Source of the DNA: Lingula anatina
Taxonomy: Eukaryota > Animalia > Brachiopoda
DNA length: 64,000 nt
Direction: 5' to 3'
Assembly: GCA_051362555.1 (NCBI GenBank)
Contig: CM120641.1
Location: 8,308,001-8,372,000, forward strand
Part shown: one piece after another, positions 54,058 to 64,000 of the stretch
How positions within the stretch are numbered: the first letter of the stretch is position 1
Layout: every line of letters starts with the position of its first letter
Notes under the pieces: model-generated
The model's input: the letters and a program-made list of their open reading frames with translations, nothing else
What the model was told of the DNA's origin: nothing
Database searches by the model: none
Position numbers and translations under genes: made by a program

Positions 54058-55204
54058 TCAGAGAGTCCGCCCTCCGTTTATAGTTATAATGGTTAGGGTT
54101 ATAGCCTGGCCCTGGCCTAAGTGAGTCAAAGGCGGGGCTTGCCTGTGGAGGGCTCTCTGTCACGTTACACCAGCAGTATAGACTACGCATGCAAGCAGGT
54201 TATTTGTACCGCCTGTGTACTTATCTGCTGGTCTGACTGGTTGACGTTGGTTGAAAGAAAAATTATCTAGATCCCGATAGACTGGAAGACAGAAAAAATT
54301 TATAACGTTAAAAAATCAATTTACTGTTTTTAAAAATCTCAGAAAGTTTAGGTTTTAATTTTAACGTTAATTAGTAGTTTTTGACTTATTATCGACCACA
54401 TCGCAAAAATTTTTTAAAAAAAGAAACTTTTTAAAAAAGTGAAAACAAGCACATTCCGTGTGAGAATCTAAAGGGTTAAGCGAGGTCACCGTCCTCCCTT
54501 TTTTTCGTAACAAAATGACAGAAAATCAACAAAGCGCATATTTTATTTCTAGGTCCTACAAAATGCCAAGAATTACAAAGGTCATTGAAAAAATACAGTG
54601 CACAACGACAGCCGAAACGACCGTCTTGTTAATGATTGCCAAAAGCGACATCTATAGAAATATCGCTAGGAACACGGTGGCCGAAATGATGCATACAGGA
54701 GTTTCGTGTAGGACAATGTGTCGGACGTGACAATCCTTTTAGACCACCCACACATGCTTCCTTCCAGTTATATATATATATTTCACATTTCTCCCCAAAT
54801 TTACTGCCCCTTGATAACGTAAAGGTAAGTGCTGTGCACCAATTAGCCGAATTTAATTTGACTATTTTAGTCCACCACGCCGCTTCTACTCAGTTCTAGA
54901 GCCTTTAATTTATTATATTTAGGTCTCTTACATGGTTATTCTCTAATAATGCTAGGAATTTGAATATATGTGAGTATGAATAAATGCTTAAGATATCCCA
55001 TAAGACCAAAAGATTTTGATGTTTTAGTGACACCACGTTTGTCAATTTTTCTAGACATATTTTCAAAAATGAGTGAAATGTTGCCAAATTTGATTTTCAG
55101 CCCCAGGTTAAACAAGAAGTAGGAGCTATACTTATTACATTGCATAAAACAGACTATAAGTATACAGTACAAGTTTTATATGTTGAATTGATTTCAGGAT
55201 AACA

Positions 55205-56492
55205 ATGGCAACCCAAATAAAGCATCTTTTCTCATTTGGAGCACTGGCTGATATTCAGTATGCAGACAGAGATGATGGACATAATTTCCAGCGAACTAAG
55301 ATAAGATTTTATAGAAATGCTGAAAACTTACTCAAAGATGCTCTGGCTGAGTGGAGAAAAAGACAGCCATCAGTTGCATTTGTTCTCCAGCTTGGTGATT
55401 TGATTGATGGCGTCAATAAACGAACCAACAACAGTGAGGCAGCTTTAAACAGAATGCTGGCTATATTTCAGGACCTTCCTGTCCCAACTTACCCAATTAT
55501 TGGCAACCATGACCTGTATAATTTCCAGCACTCTGATCTAATACAGTCTGCCTTATTTGACAGTGTTAGAAAGCTTCCGCAGAACAACTCGGACACTTTG
55601 CAGGATGGAAGAACTTGCTACGATATAAGTGAACCATCTGGGTATTACTCATTTGAACCATGTAGTCGGTACCGAATTATTTGCCTCGACTGCTATGACT
55701 TTGGTGTACCAGGACAGCATGTCGACTCACCTCAGTACTTGATAGCAAAAGAAATTTTACTTCAGAATAACTCAAATAATGATTTGAATTCACCTGAAGG
55801 GCTGCATGGCTGTCAAAGGAGATTTGTGCAATATAATGGAGGTGTTGGTGAAAAACAGCTCCAGTGGTTGAGAAAAGAACTGCAGCTAGCAGAAAGTAAA
55901 GACCAAAAAGTGATTGTCTGTGGTAAGGTTAAAGCTATTATTTTTGAAAAAAAAAATGGGAAGTCCACTCGGATGCATTTCAGTTCAACCATAGATGCAT
56001 ACTTATCGGCATGCTTGCATGCGTACTTGCAACCAAGTAGAAAAGGTGGACTGGTGTGCTTTTTATAGTCAGTTTTTTAAAAGATAATTATCTAAATAAG
56101 AGGTTTCTGTAAAATCTCTGTGCAAACACTTGGTGTCTTTTGCATTCATTTATGCCGATTGTAACAATGCCATAACATTTTTGAAGAAAAAATATACAAT
56201 TTTTTTTTCAGGTCATAATCCAATATTTGTCGAAAGTTCAGACCCCCAGTGCCTATGTTGGAATTATCAGGACCTCCTTGATGTCCTACACAGTCACAAT
56301 AATGTTGTCATGTACATGTGTGGACATGACCATGATGGTGGATATGCTATTGACAAACATGGCATCCATCATGTGACATTTCCGGGAATAATTGAAACAC
56401 CTCCTGAACTCAATGCCTATGTTACCATTGATGTTTTCACTGATAGAATAGAAATGTGTGGGCTTGGATGTGTGGAAACCATTTTTGTCTAG
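55205..56492 (+). CDS. ADPRM: Manganese-dependent ADP-ribose/CDP-alcohol diphosphatase, 332 aa; join(55205..55922,56212..56492)
   Basis: Metallophosphoesterase motifs in the ADPRibase-Mn form: FGALADIQYAD, QLGDLIDG, GNHD, YNGGVGEKQLQWL, GH, GHDHDGGY, HHVTFPGIIETPP. GT-AG intron 55923-56211; 718+281=999 nt in frame. An upstream non-coding exon has a donor at 54825 and the acceptor is at 55197. Confidence 0.93.
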
Positions 56493-58379
56493 AGTATTTT
56501 TTTCCCTGGAGTTTTGTACAAACATAGATTTGTATGTTACTTGAACTGTATTTCCAGTACTTTATGTATTGGCTGTTAGGGATTGGATATCTGGTATTTT
56601 TAATATTAAAAAAACTTACGGATTTATAATAATCTTCAGAATTGAACGTGTATGGAACATGTTGACTTGTAGAATGGAGATACAGGAAATTGTGTGGAAA
56701 ATGTCCACTTCTTTGTTCTAAATCATAAATGTTACATATATCTCATTATGCAAACATTTAGAGTAACTAAATACCCATGGAATGATGTGCTCCCTGCTAG
56801 ATCTGATAAAAACAAAGCCTTCAACCCACCAGGTCAAGCCTGGACACCTATGGTGTGAGACAACTGATATTTCCACCCACCTGGATACAAAGTATAGTGT
56901 TAAGTATCCAAGTCAAGAACACAACAAAGTCTGATAGCAAGATGGGGTTAGAACTTTTCACCTTTGTTCAAAGGGTCCTAAACTGTGACCATGCTGTCAC
57001 CTCATGTCAGAATAAGGTGGAAATTGATTGTCTTGAAAGAATACATTTCATTTTGCAGTATTATAATGAACACTATTGTTTTTTAAAAGTAACTTAAGAG
57101 CAAAGTTTACATTGCTGTAATGCTAAAATATACATGGATTATGACACAATTTATTTTTGATAATTAATACTTTGAGGTTCAATAAAAATTGTCTCAATCT
57201 TCAAAATTATGATATAACTCAAAATCTGTCTGTGTCTAGGGAGTAAAAGTTATTTTAAGTATTTTTCTTATATTTTATCAGGAATTATAATTGCTCAGGT
57301 TGAGAATATTAGGATGAGAAGTTGTCTGTGATTGTTATTGAATTTTTTTTTTTTTTGAAAAATGGCTGTGATTCCTACATTTACAGATTTTTATGAATGT
57401 ATGTTTATATAACATTATTGATGTGACATTTGTTTTAACACCACAAATAAGTAAGGCATGAAAATTGTTATGTTTGTCATTGTAAATCATCTTTTGAATA
57501 AACCATTTATGTATAAATTTATAATTCAAATGCACTAATGGAGAACTAATAATTGCGAGGGATGCTAACTGCTGTCAGTTATTTATTCTTATTAACAACC
57601 AATAAATTCTGTTTTAAATGAATTTGAACTTTATTTCTTTGGTCTTATTGTTTAAAAAAAAACAGCTATGGAATGTAACATCCACAGACACCACACAATC
57701 AAACACTGACTCATATTTTTAAGAAGACAGCTGACAGCAAAAGTCTGATTCACAGAAAATATTGACTATCTTGGCTAATCTTCGACTGCAAAATCTGGAT
57801 AGCTAACTTCAAAAAGTCTACTTTTACGGCTTTTAAGAATTCTTTGGTCCACATTAAATATATTTGACATACCTTGATCAATAATGGGCTACTGTAACCA
57901 CTTAAGAGTAAAAGAGAGGACATTCACAGTTTGTCCAAGGGGCTAAATTAAATCACTGAAAAATGAGGTTTCAGATTTTTTGTTAAACGTAATTTAGTTT
58001 GAAAATTGAGGTAAGGTGCCTTTTAGATTTTTTGCTAAATGTAATTTAGTTGGCTAAGTCTCATTATGCCAAAATCTGACTTGAGACTTAATGTGCAACG
58101 GACTCGAGATGAAATTTATGACAAAAAGCCATAAAATATGAGTAAAGGGCTTTTCTTCAATCAACAGCTAATATTGAAATCGTTCTCTTCCAATATTTCG
58201 ATATCTGTCTAGAGCACCTTCATCAGGCAATATACTAGTATGGAGGTAAACAATTTCAATATTAGTTGTTGATTGAAGAAAAATCACTTTACTCATATCA
58301 TTACACAGCCGCTGAAATTCTTCTCAGTCAAAAAAATATGTTCAAGTTTCATAAATAAGTTGTTATTACTCTCGTATGG

Positions 58380-58382
<3 letters not shown>

Positions 58383-58430
<48 letters not shown>
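58383..58430 (-). repeat. 48-nt poly(A) tract (TYW3 sense) in the TYW3 3'UTR
   Basis: Uninterrupted T48 on the + strand, 36 nt past the TYW3 stop. Confidence 0.9.
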
Positions 58431-58433
<3 letters not shown>

Positions 58434-58466
58434 TAGCTATAAACATATTTATCACTTTCTGAATTG

Positions 58467-61359
58467 CTATGGTGGCTGCTCATCCCATAAAGAAAAATTG
58501 TATTCCTCATCCTCGGGCAAAATAGGACTGACATAGTCACTACTGACTCGTTCCTCCTTTCTCTTTTCTTTCTCCCTTTTCATCTCTGCACCATTTCCAG
58601 ACACACACCCTTCCTCTCTGCATGATAGCTTCACGGAATCCATACTCTTCACATTTTCAAAAAACCTGTAAATTTATGTCCACAAAATGTTTCTTGAAGT
58701 CCTGTGATACAGATAAATTAGGGAAAAAAACACAACTGTCTAATGGGTACGCAATCATAGGCAAGGTATTAATTATTCTTCTATTTTAATTTTACTTGAT
58801 TGGATTAAATACTCCTTCCACATATACATGTATGAATGTATACAGCACTTTCTAACAATTGCTGTATCATTACTTAAACATTTTCTGTTTAAATATAGTA
58901 TTTATTTGACAATAACTCATACCGTTCTATTCTTCTTTGGTTCTCTGTCATTCTCTTGTTTGCTAAAGTCACCAATTCACCAATATACTTGAATCAAAGA
59001 GAGAGTGCTGGCATTATTGGTATGTTTTTCTATAAAATGACAATACCAAATATAATCCCAAACCACTTTTATTGATAAAATTTATCAAACAATACAGCAT
59101 ACCATACAAAATAATATATTCGGAATGTTATATTTACCAGATAAAATGGAAAACTTTTCTTCTGCATCAATTAAAGTCTCTTACCTTTTCTGTTACCAAT
59201 AATTGTCCCCCAAGGGCAATGGGAACCTCCATGGAATGAGTGCTTCTTACCGCCTAAAAGATAATCAGTGTGTATAGTAGCCTAACTTAAAGCCTAAAAT
59301 CCAATTAGAAAATTTGTAATTACTTTGTGAAACTGAAGATAAAGGCAACAGTTTCTGTGTTCTAGGTCAACCATTTGACAATGCACTTTAAATAGTGGAC
59401 TAATATGTATGTATTTAAATTTTCATTTTAATGTGACTGCTACATTGTTACTTTATTACACGGCCTTCCACTCAATGATTGATATGTTGATGTTCATTAA
59501 AATTGGCTAATTTTACAATGTTTACAGACACTGATACCTTTTAAATTTATTAAAGTAGCTACTTGTTTATTACCATTATTATTTTGCCTTTTCTTCCTAT
59601 AGATATCCCAGAGTTCCTGAACCCAGAGGCTACTGCAACAGCATGCTAGAAAGAAAACAATGCCTGTGATTTTTTGTCAGATGCTTGGACTGTATACTGC
59701 ACTGGGAGATCCTAAATATGGAAGGAGGGTAAAGGCTTGGCAGGATCGGAGGTAGGAATCTGATAAGGGGCAAAATGATAGGATACATTTTTCAATTCAT
59801 CCAGAATATCTGTATGACATGAAAATTATTTAAAATAACATGGATATAGAGGTTCCTGTTTTCCCAACTCCTGCCTCAAGTTAAGTAAATTTTCAGTCCC
59901 ATGTTTTGTGGTAGGTAACCAACGTTGTAAAAACTGCAAGCAAGATTATCAGGCAGGATCTACCCAAGCTGGATGATATTTTTAAAGACAGAATGGAGAA
60001 AAGAATTGCTTTAACTTTTAAAGGCAGTAAACACTTTTTAAACAGATTTTATCCAAGTGCAGTGACGCGTTTTAATTTGATCTCAAAACCAAATTCTTAA
60101 TTTATTTATTGTGTTATTTTACTCTGTATATTATCAAACTTGCTCCAAAAGGAAAATGATTTCCAATTTTTATAACTGGCTAAATAAACTCTTATCTTAT
60201 CTTATCTCACTTTCAAGTGCTTATAACAAATAAACAGACCGTATAGATTGTTGTTTCAGTACCCATGCAACAGTTACATTTTTGAATAATTGACAACAAA
60301 TTCAGATATTAGAAATAAAAAAATGAAATCAAAATGTATTACTAGAAACAAAAATCATCAATGTCACGAGCATGTAAAAGCTAACCAGACAATAGTTCCC
60401 TCTTTACTTCTGATGTCTAACACATACTAACCAGTTTGGTGGCATCAGTTAAGGTCTGACACTGCACATGTAGAACAAATGGCTCAAATTTGAAGTAAAC
60501 ATCATCCTGTAAGTTTGCCAGTTTCAGCACCTAAAAAAAAAAAAAACTCTATAAAAATTATACAGATCACTTGACATTTATGCATTTATCAAGAAGATGT
60601 TTTTCTTAAACTGTTACCATTAATTATATAATTTCATTTCAAGCAATACTGTATGTGAAACATGACTGTACTACAAATAAAAGATTTGCAACCTTGGTAT
60701 TATGAGGTAACACATGATGTGAAACTAAGATGTCAGTCATCAATTCACTATTTCATGCTAAACTGTTACACAATGCATGCCTTTAAAATAACTGAAACTA
60801 CTGTCTCACCACAGGTTCTACAGTTGCTGGTTCATGACTAACATAAAGCCACTTGCATCCCTGTTTTTCAAATTCTGATGCCTTGTACAACGAAAACAAA
60901 AATGTTAACTATATACATAAATGTTCATGTATAAATTAAATTAATCATTCAGCCATGTACAGTAAATTGTCAATTTATGAATGTATAGATTATCTCTAAA
61001 ACATTAAAATTGCATATGAATTGAGCTGTTCAATGTAGTTGTCTCTGTCCCACAAGAAATTCAGCCTTGCCACTGTCCCTGATACGCTATATATAAGTTA
61101 AGTTCTCTTATTACTATTATTATACCTTCTGAAACAATATTGTTCTCCCAGAACAAGAGCTGGTTGTAAAATACTGTTTACAGTTGTTGATGTGCTGTAC
61201 CAGTTCTTTTATAGGTGCATCTATACTTCCTTTTCTGCTCAGATCTGTTGCTTTTAAGCACTGCTCTTTGTGTTTATCGAAATAAACATCATTTTCTGAT
61301 ACTTTGCCACTGCACTTGTATTTCATCTCCATCAGTTCTTTAGTATTTGGAGTACACAT
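58467..61359 (-). CDS. TYW3: tRNA wybutosine-synthesizing protein 3 homolog (methyltransferase), ~269 aa; join(61359..61126,60881..60810,60530..60432,59645..59574,59253..59185,58987..58923,58665..58467)
   Basis: Motifs DLSRKGSID, YFTTSSCSGR, CKWLYVSH, FKFEPFVLHVQC, SGFRNSG, AVRSTHSMEVP, ANKRMTEN. All six introns are GT-AG and the 810 nt are in frame. The start could instead be the ATG at 61332 or 61326. Confidence 0.93.
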
Positions 61360-61770
61360 ATGCAGAGGCAACACAATCACAACCAAAAATACAGCAGGCC
61401 GTCGCAACTAATACAATGGCAGTGACGAATTTACAGAAGCTAAGCCTAAAGGAAAGGGGCGGCGAATAAGATGGTGCTGTTCCATGCACTTTCTCTCATG
61501 TCTACCTCTGATAAAAAAAACTGCATACATGCATGTTGTGTTTGTTAAAATGTCTTCAGACGGTATGTCGATTAAACACATAGGTAGGCCTACTTCTCAA
61601 AATAATATCTACAAAACAAACGGCCTTATTCGGCAGCATGGAAAGGATTTTTGCAGGGGAGAATGTATAAAAATAACATATGCATTACAAATAATTTAGA
61701 CGAAGTTAGCGAACATGTAAAGCGAAGAAAAAAATCAGTTACTATAAATATAGGCATACCATAATAATTT

Positions 61771-62100
61771 CAGGCCTACCCAACTACCAGACTTGGCCCC
61801 GAATGATCCTGAATTCACCGGTAGATCAGACCACACTACCCGTTTTCAAGGTGTGTGTCAGATCGCATTACACAGTATCAGACGCGACACCGCTCTTGCC
61901 TAGTACGCGATGTGATAGTGACGATTCTCAGCGGGTTGAAAAGCATTGCATCACCACTCAAAATTTGTTCAGGGTATGATAGGCCTAGATCTACTGTGTA
62001 ATGCGATCTGACACACACACCTTGAAAACGGGTAGTGTGGTCTGATCTACCGGTGAATTCAGGATCATTCGGTGCCAAGTCTGGTAGTTGGGTAGGCCTG
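61771..62100. mobile_element. Long-TIR MITE (family B), copy 2, upstream of TYW3
   Basis: ~107-bp near-perfect TIRs CAGGCCTACCCAACTACCAG...; AATTT...AATTT 5-bp direct flanks. Confidence 0.88.
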
Positions 62101-62151
62101 AATTTTCTCGGTAAGAAAGTTTATTTGCATATCTTGAATACGTGCAAGGTG

Positions 62152-62356
62152 CAGCAGCGGATTTAGAGACGGGGTCAAGGGGGTCCTGACCTCCCCTTCA
62201 ATTTCTGGTCCCCTCTTGAAATTAGAATTTTGACTAGCTGAATCATAGTTTTAAACCGTACCCAATGGCACCATTCGCCCTCTAAAATACCAAAATTTTT
62301 TAGGGCCCGCTTTTCGCATCCACGGAACCCACTTTAAATAATCCTAGATCCGAGCC
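62152..62356 (+). mobile_element. hAT-like MITE (family D)
   Basis: CAGCAGCGGAT start; core GGTCCCCTCTTGAAATTAGAATTTT shared with 63020-63215 and with 2646-2756 (reverse complement). Confidence 0.65.
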
Positions 62357-63019
62357 TTAGGTGCTAAATGGAGAAAGTTTAATGCCCATGAACGTTATCC
62401 ATTTTTTTTTCATTATTATTCTTCATTATGTAAGATTAAAATAGAGCTTAAAATTTTGTCCTGAAAATAAATCTTACCCTGTAACACGCTGTGCATAGTT
62501 AAGTTAAGTGCAACAGAGCAAAGTTTGTAGAGTTGACACAAGATTGTCAGTAGATGATGATATTAAATGGATATTACATGGAGATGAAAGTCCATGTTTT
62601 TGGCAACGTTATCACGCCGGAGTATTTGCATGTCCGTATCAAGGCTTCGTCACACGTTTGGGATCTCACTAGATAACTCAGATAACTGCATACAAATCAA
62701 TTAAACCGGGGGCCAGTTGACCGGGGACGAGAAGAAGTGTGACACGAAGTAAGTTTGTCGTCTTATTTTTCATAATTTTTATCTACATGTAGCCTCGCTG
62801 CAGTATATTTCTTTATTATTTAATTAGTTATGCCCCAACCCCCGGTAGTTTATGTTAAGAACAACTTATATTATGTACCTCTGAGTTTGACGCTTACAGC
62901 AAGATATCTGGATTCAATAATCACCTCCTAGGCATCATTTGATCCACAAATCTACATTAATTGTTGTATCCACACTGCAAGCAGTTCGGTGTTTACTTGT
63001 GTTCGCAGATGTAATTAAA

Positions 63020-63215
63020 CAGTGGCGGATTAAGGGCGGGGGGGGGGGGGGAGGGGGGGAGGGGGGGTCCTGACCCCCTCCCCTTCGAATTCTGAAAAAA
63101 ATCACACCAAATATATGGTCCCCTCTTGAAATTAGAATTTTAACTAGCTGAATCATAGTTCTAAACCGTACCAAATGGCACCGTTCGCCCTCTAAAATGT
63201 CATTTTTTCGGGGCC
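63020..63215 (+). mobile_element. hAT-like MITE (family D), truncated
   Basis: CAGTGGCGGAT start; near-identical core to the 62152 copy. Confidence 0.65.
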
Positions 63216-64000
63216 TTTTGGTTTGTTCCACATCTCAGAAAATATCTTGAATGTTTATTTTAAAAAAACCTTCGTTACGTCTTGATTTTTTTTCTTTTAA
63301 TATTTTAGTCATTAATAAAATCTTCAATTTAGTTCTTTCCATTATTAGCAAGATAATATAGTGACAGGACACAGTCAAATGTGTCAGACGAAACACGATA
63401 AAACAGGATTATCATAGAAAGTAGTTTGCAAAGCCTTCATTACCGGGTATTGTAAAAAATATATACTTGAGGTTGAGGACAAAATGTGTCAGTAAAATAA
63501 ATATGCATTTCGTAATACCCCCTTAGTGCAATCTAATTTTTGTAAGTATAAGTGACGTGCAAATAATTTCCAAATGGTTGTTACTTTAAAAAAAATTTGT
63601 TACCAAAATAGGCTAAACCTTTGTTACTTCGTCCTCATACTAGCAAGGCATGAATGAAAAATTTTCAATGATTTATAAAAAAAATTCTAGATTTATCACT
63701 TTCTATCATCAGAGACTTAAAAAAAGTAGAATTCGTGACTATATCTTTAACTTCATTTTTCACTTTTCGCAAAAGTTGATATTATCACACTTTTTAGGTA
63801 AAACATCGACAAGATAATTCAAGGACACAGAGCTGTGTTTTTTTAAAATTAAAATGAAGCTAGTAAGTTAGTTTTGTGATAAAGGAGGACAGGGAATACT
63901 TTTTGCGTTCCGCGTGATTGGCCTTATTTTTCGAGCGTGATGAGTTATTTGAGCCCAATATTCTGCGTGAAACGTGATTCAGGAATTTTTGGTGATTGAT

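Noticed and set aside
55923-56211. C-terminal extension of ORF 55205..56068 and N-terminal part of ORF 56130..56492
   Set aside because: Intron read-through; splicing 55922->56212 restores the conserved GH motif.
55205-61359. ADPRM-TYW3 as a functional nucleotide/tRNA gene cluster
   Set aside because: Convergent housekeeping neighbours with no known shared pathway; adjacency alone is not evidence.
63890-64000. Repeated GCGTGA motifs at the window edge
   Set aside because: Probably transposon subterminal repeats, but truncated by the window and not classifiable.

Overview
AT-rich, intron-containing animal genomic DNA. An invertebrate, possibly a mollusc, is inferred from the klumpfuss-type gene and the repeat types; the taxon is not proven. 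Four protein-coding genes can be reconstructed by hand. (1) A 4-exon minus-strand gene (6364->3656, 467 aa) missed by the ORF track encodes a secreted protein with two atypical Kazal domains, two acidic EGSG sites and a 75-aa 'RPEHAQG' tandem-repeat tail. (2) A klumpfuss/EGR-WT1-class C2H2 transcription factor has a single coding exon (18850->14996), a probable ~4.7 kb 3'UTR, a candidate multi-exon uATG-rich leader and a CRE/kB-rich promoter about 33 kb upstream near 52 kb. (3) ADPRM (+, 2 coding exons). (4) TYW3 (-, 7 exons), convergent with ADPRM. The rest is intron or intergenic DNA with many non-autonomous DNA elements: PIF/Harbinger-like fold-back MITEs sharing a conserved central motif, a long-TIR MITE nested in a Helentron-like element, and Kolobok- and hAT-like pieces. 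No prokaryotic-type system (CRISPR, operon) is present. The best novelty candidates are the Kazal/repeat secreted protein, the fold-back family and the regulatory architecture of the klu locus. All calls are by eye, with no database search.
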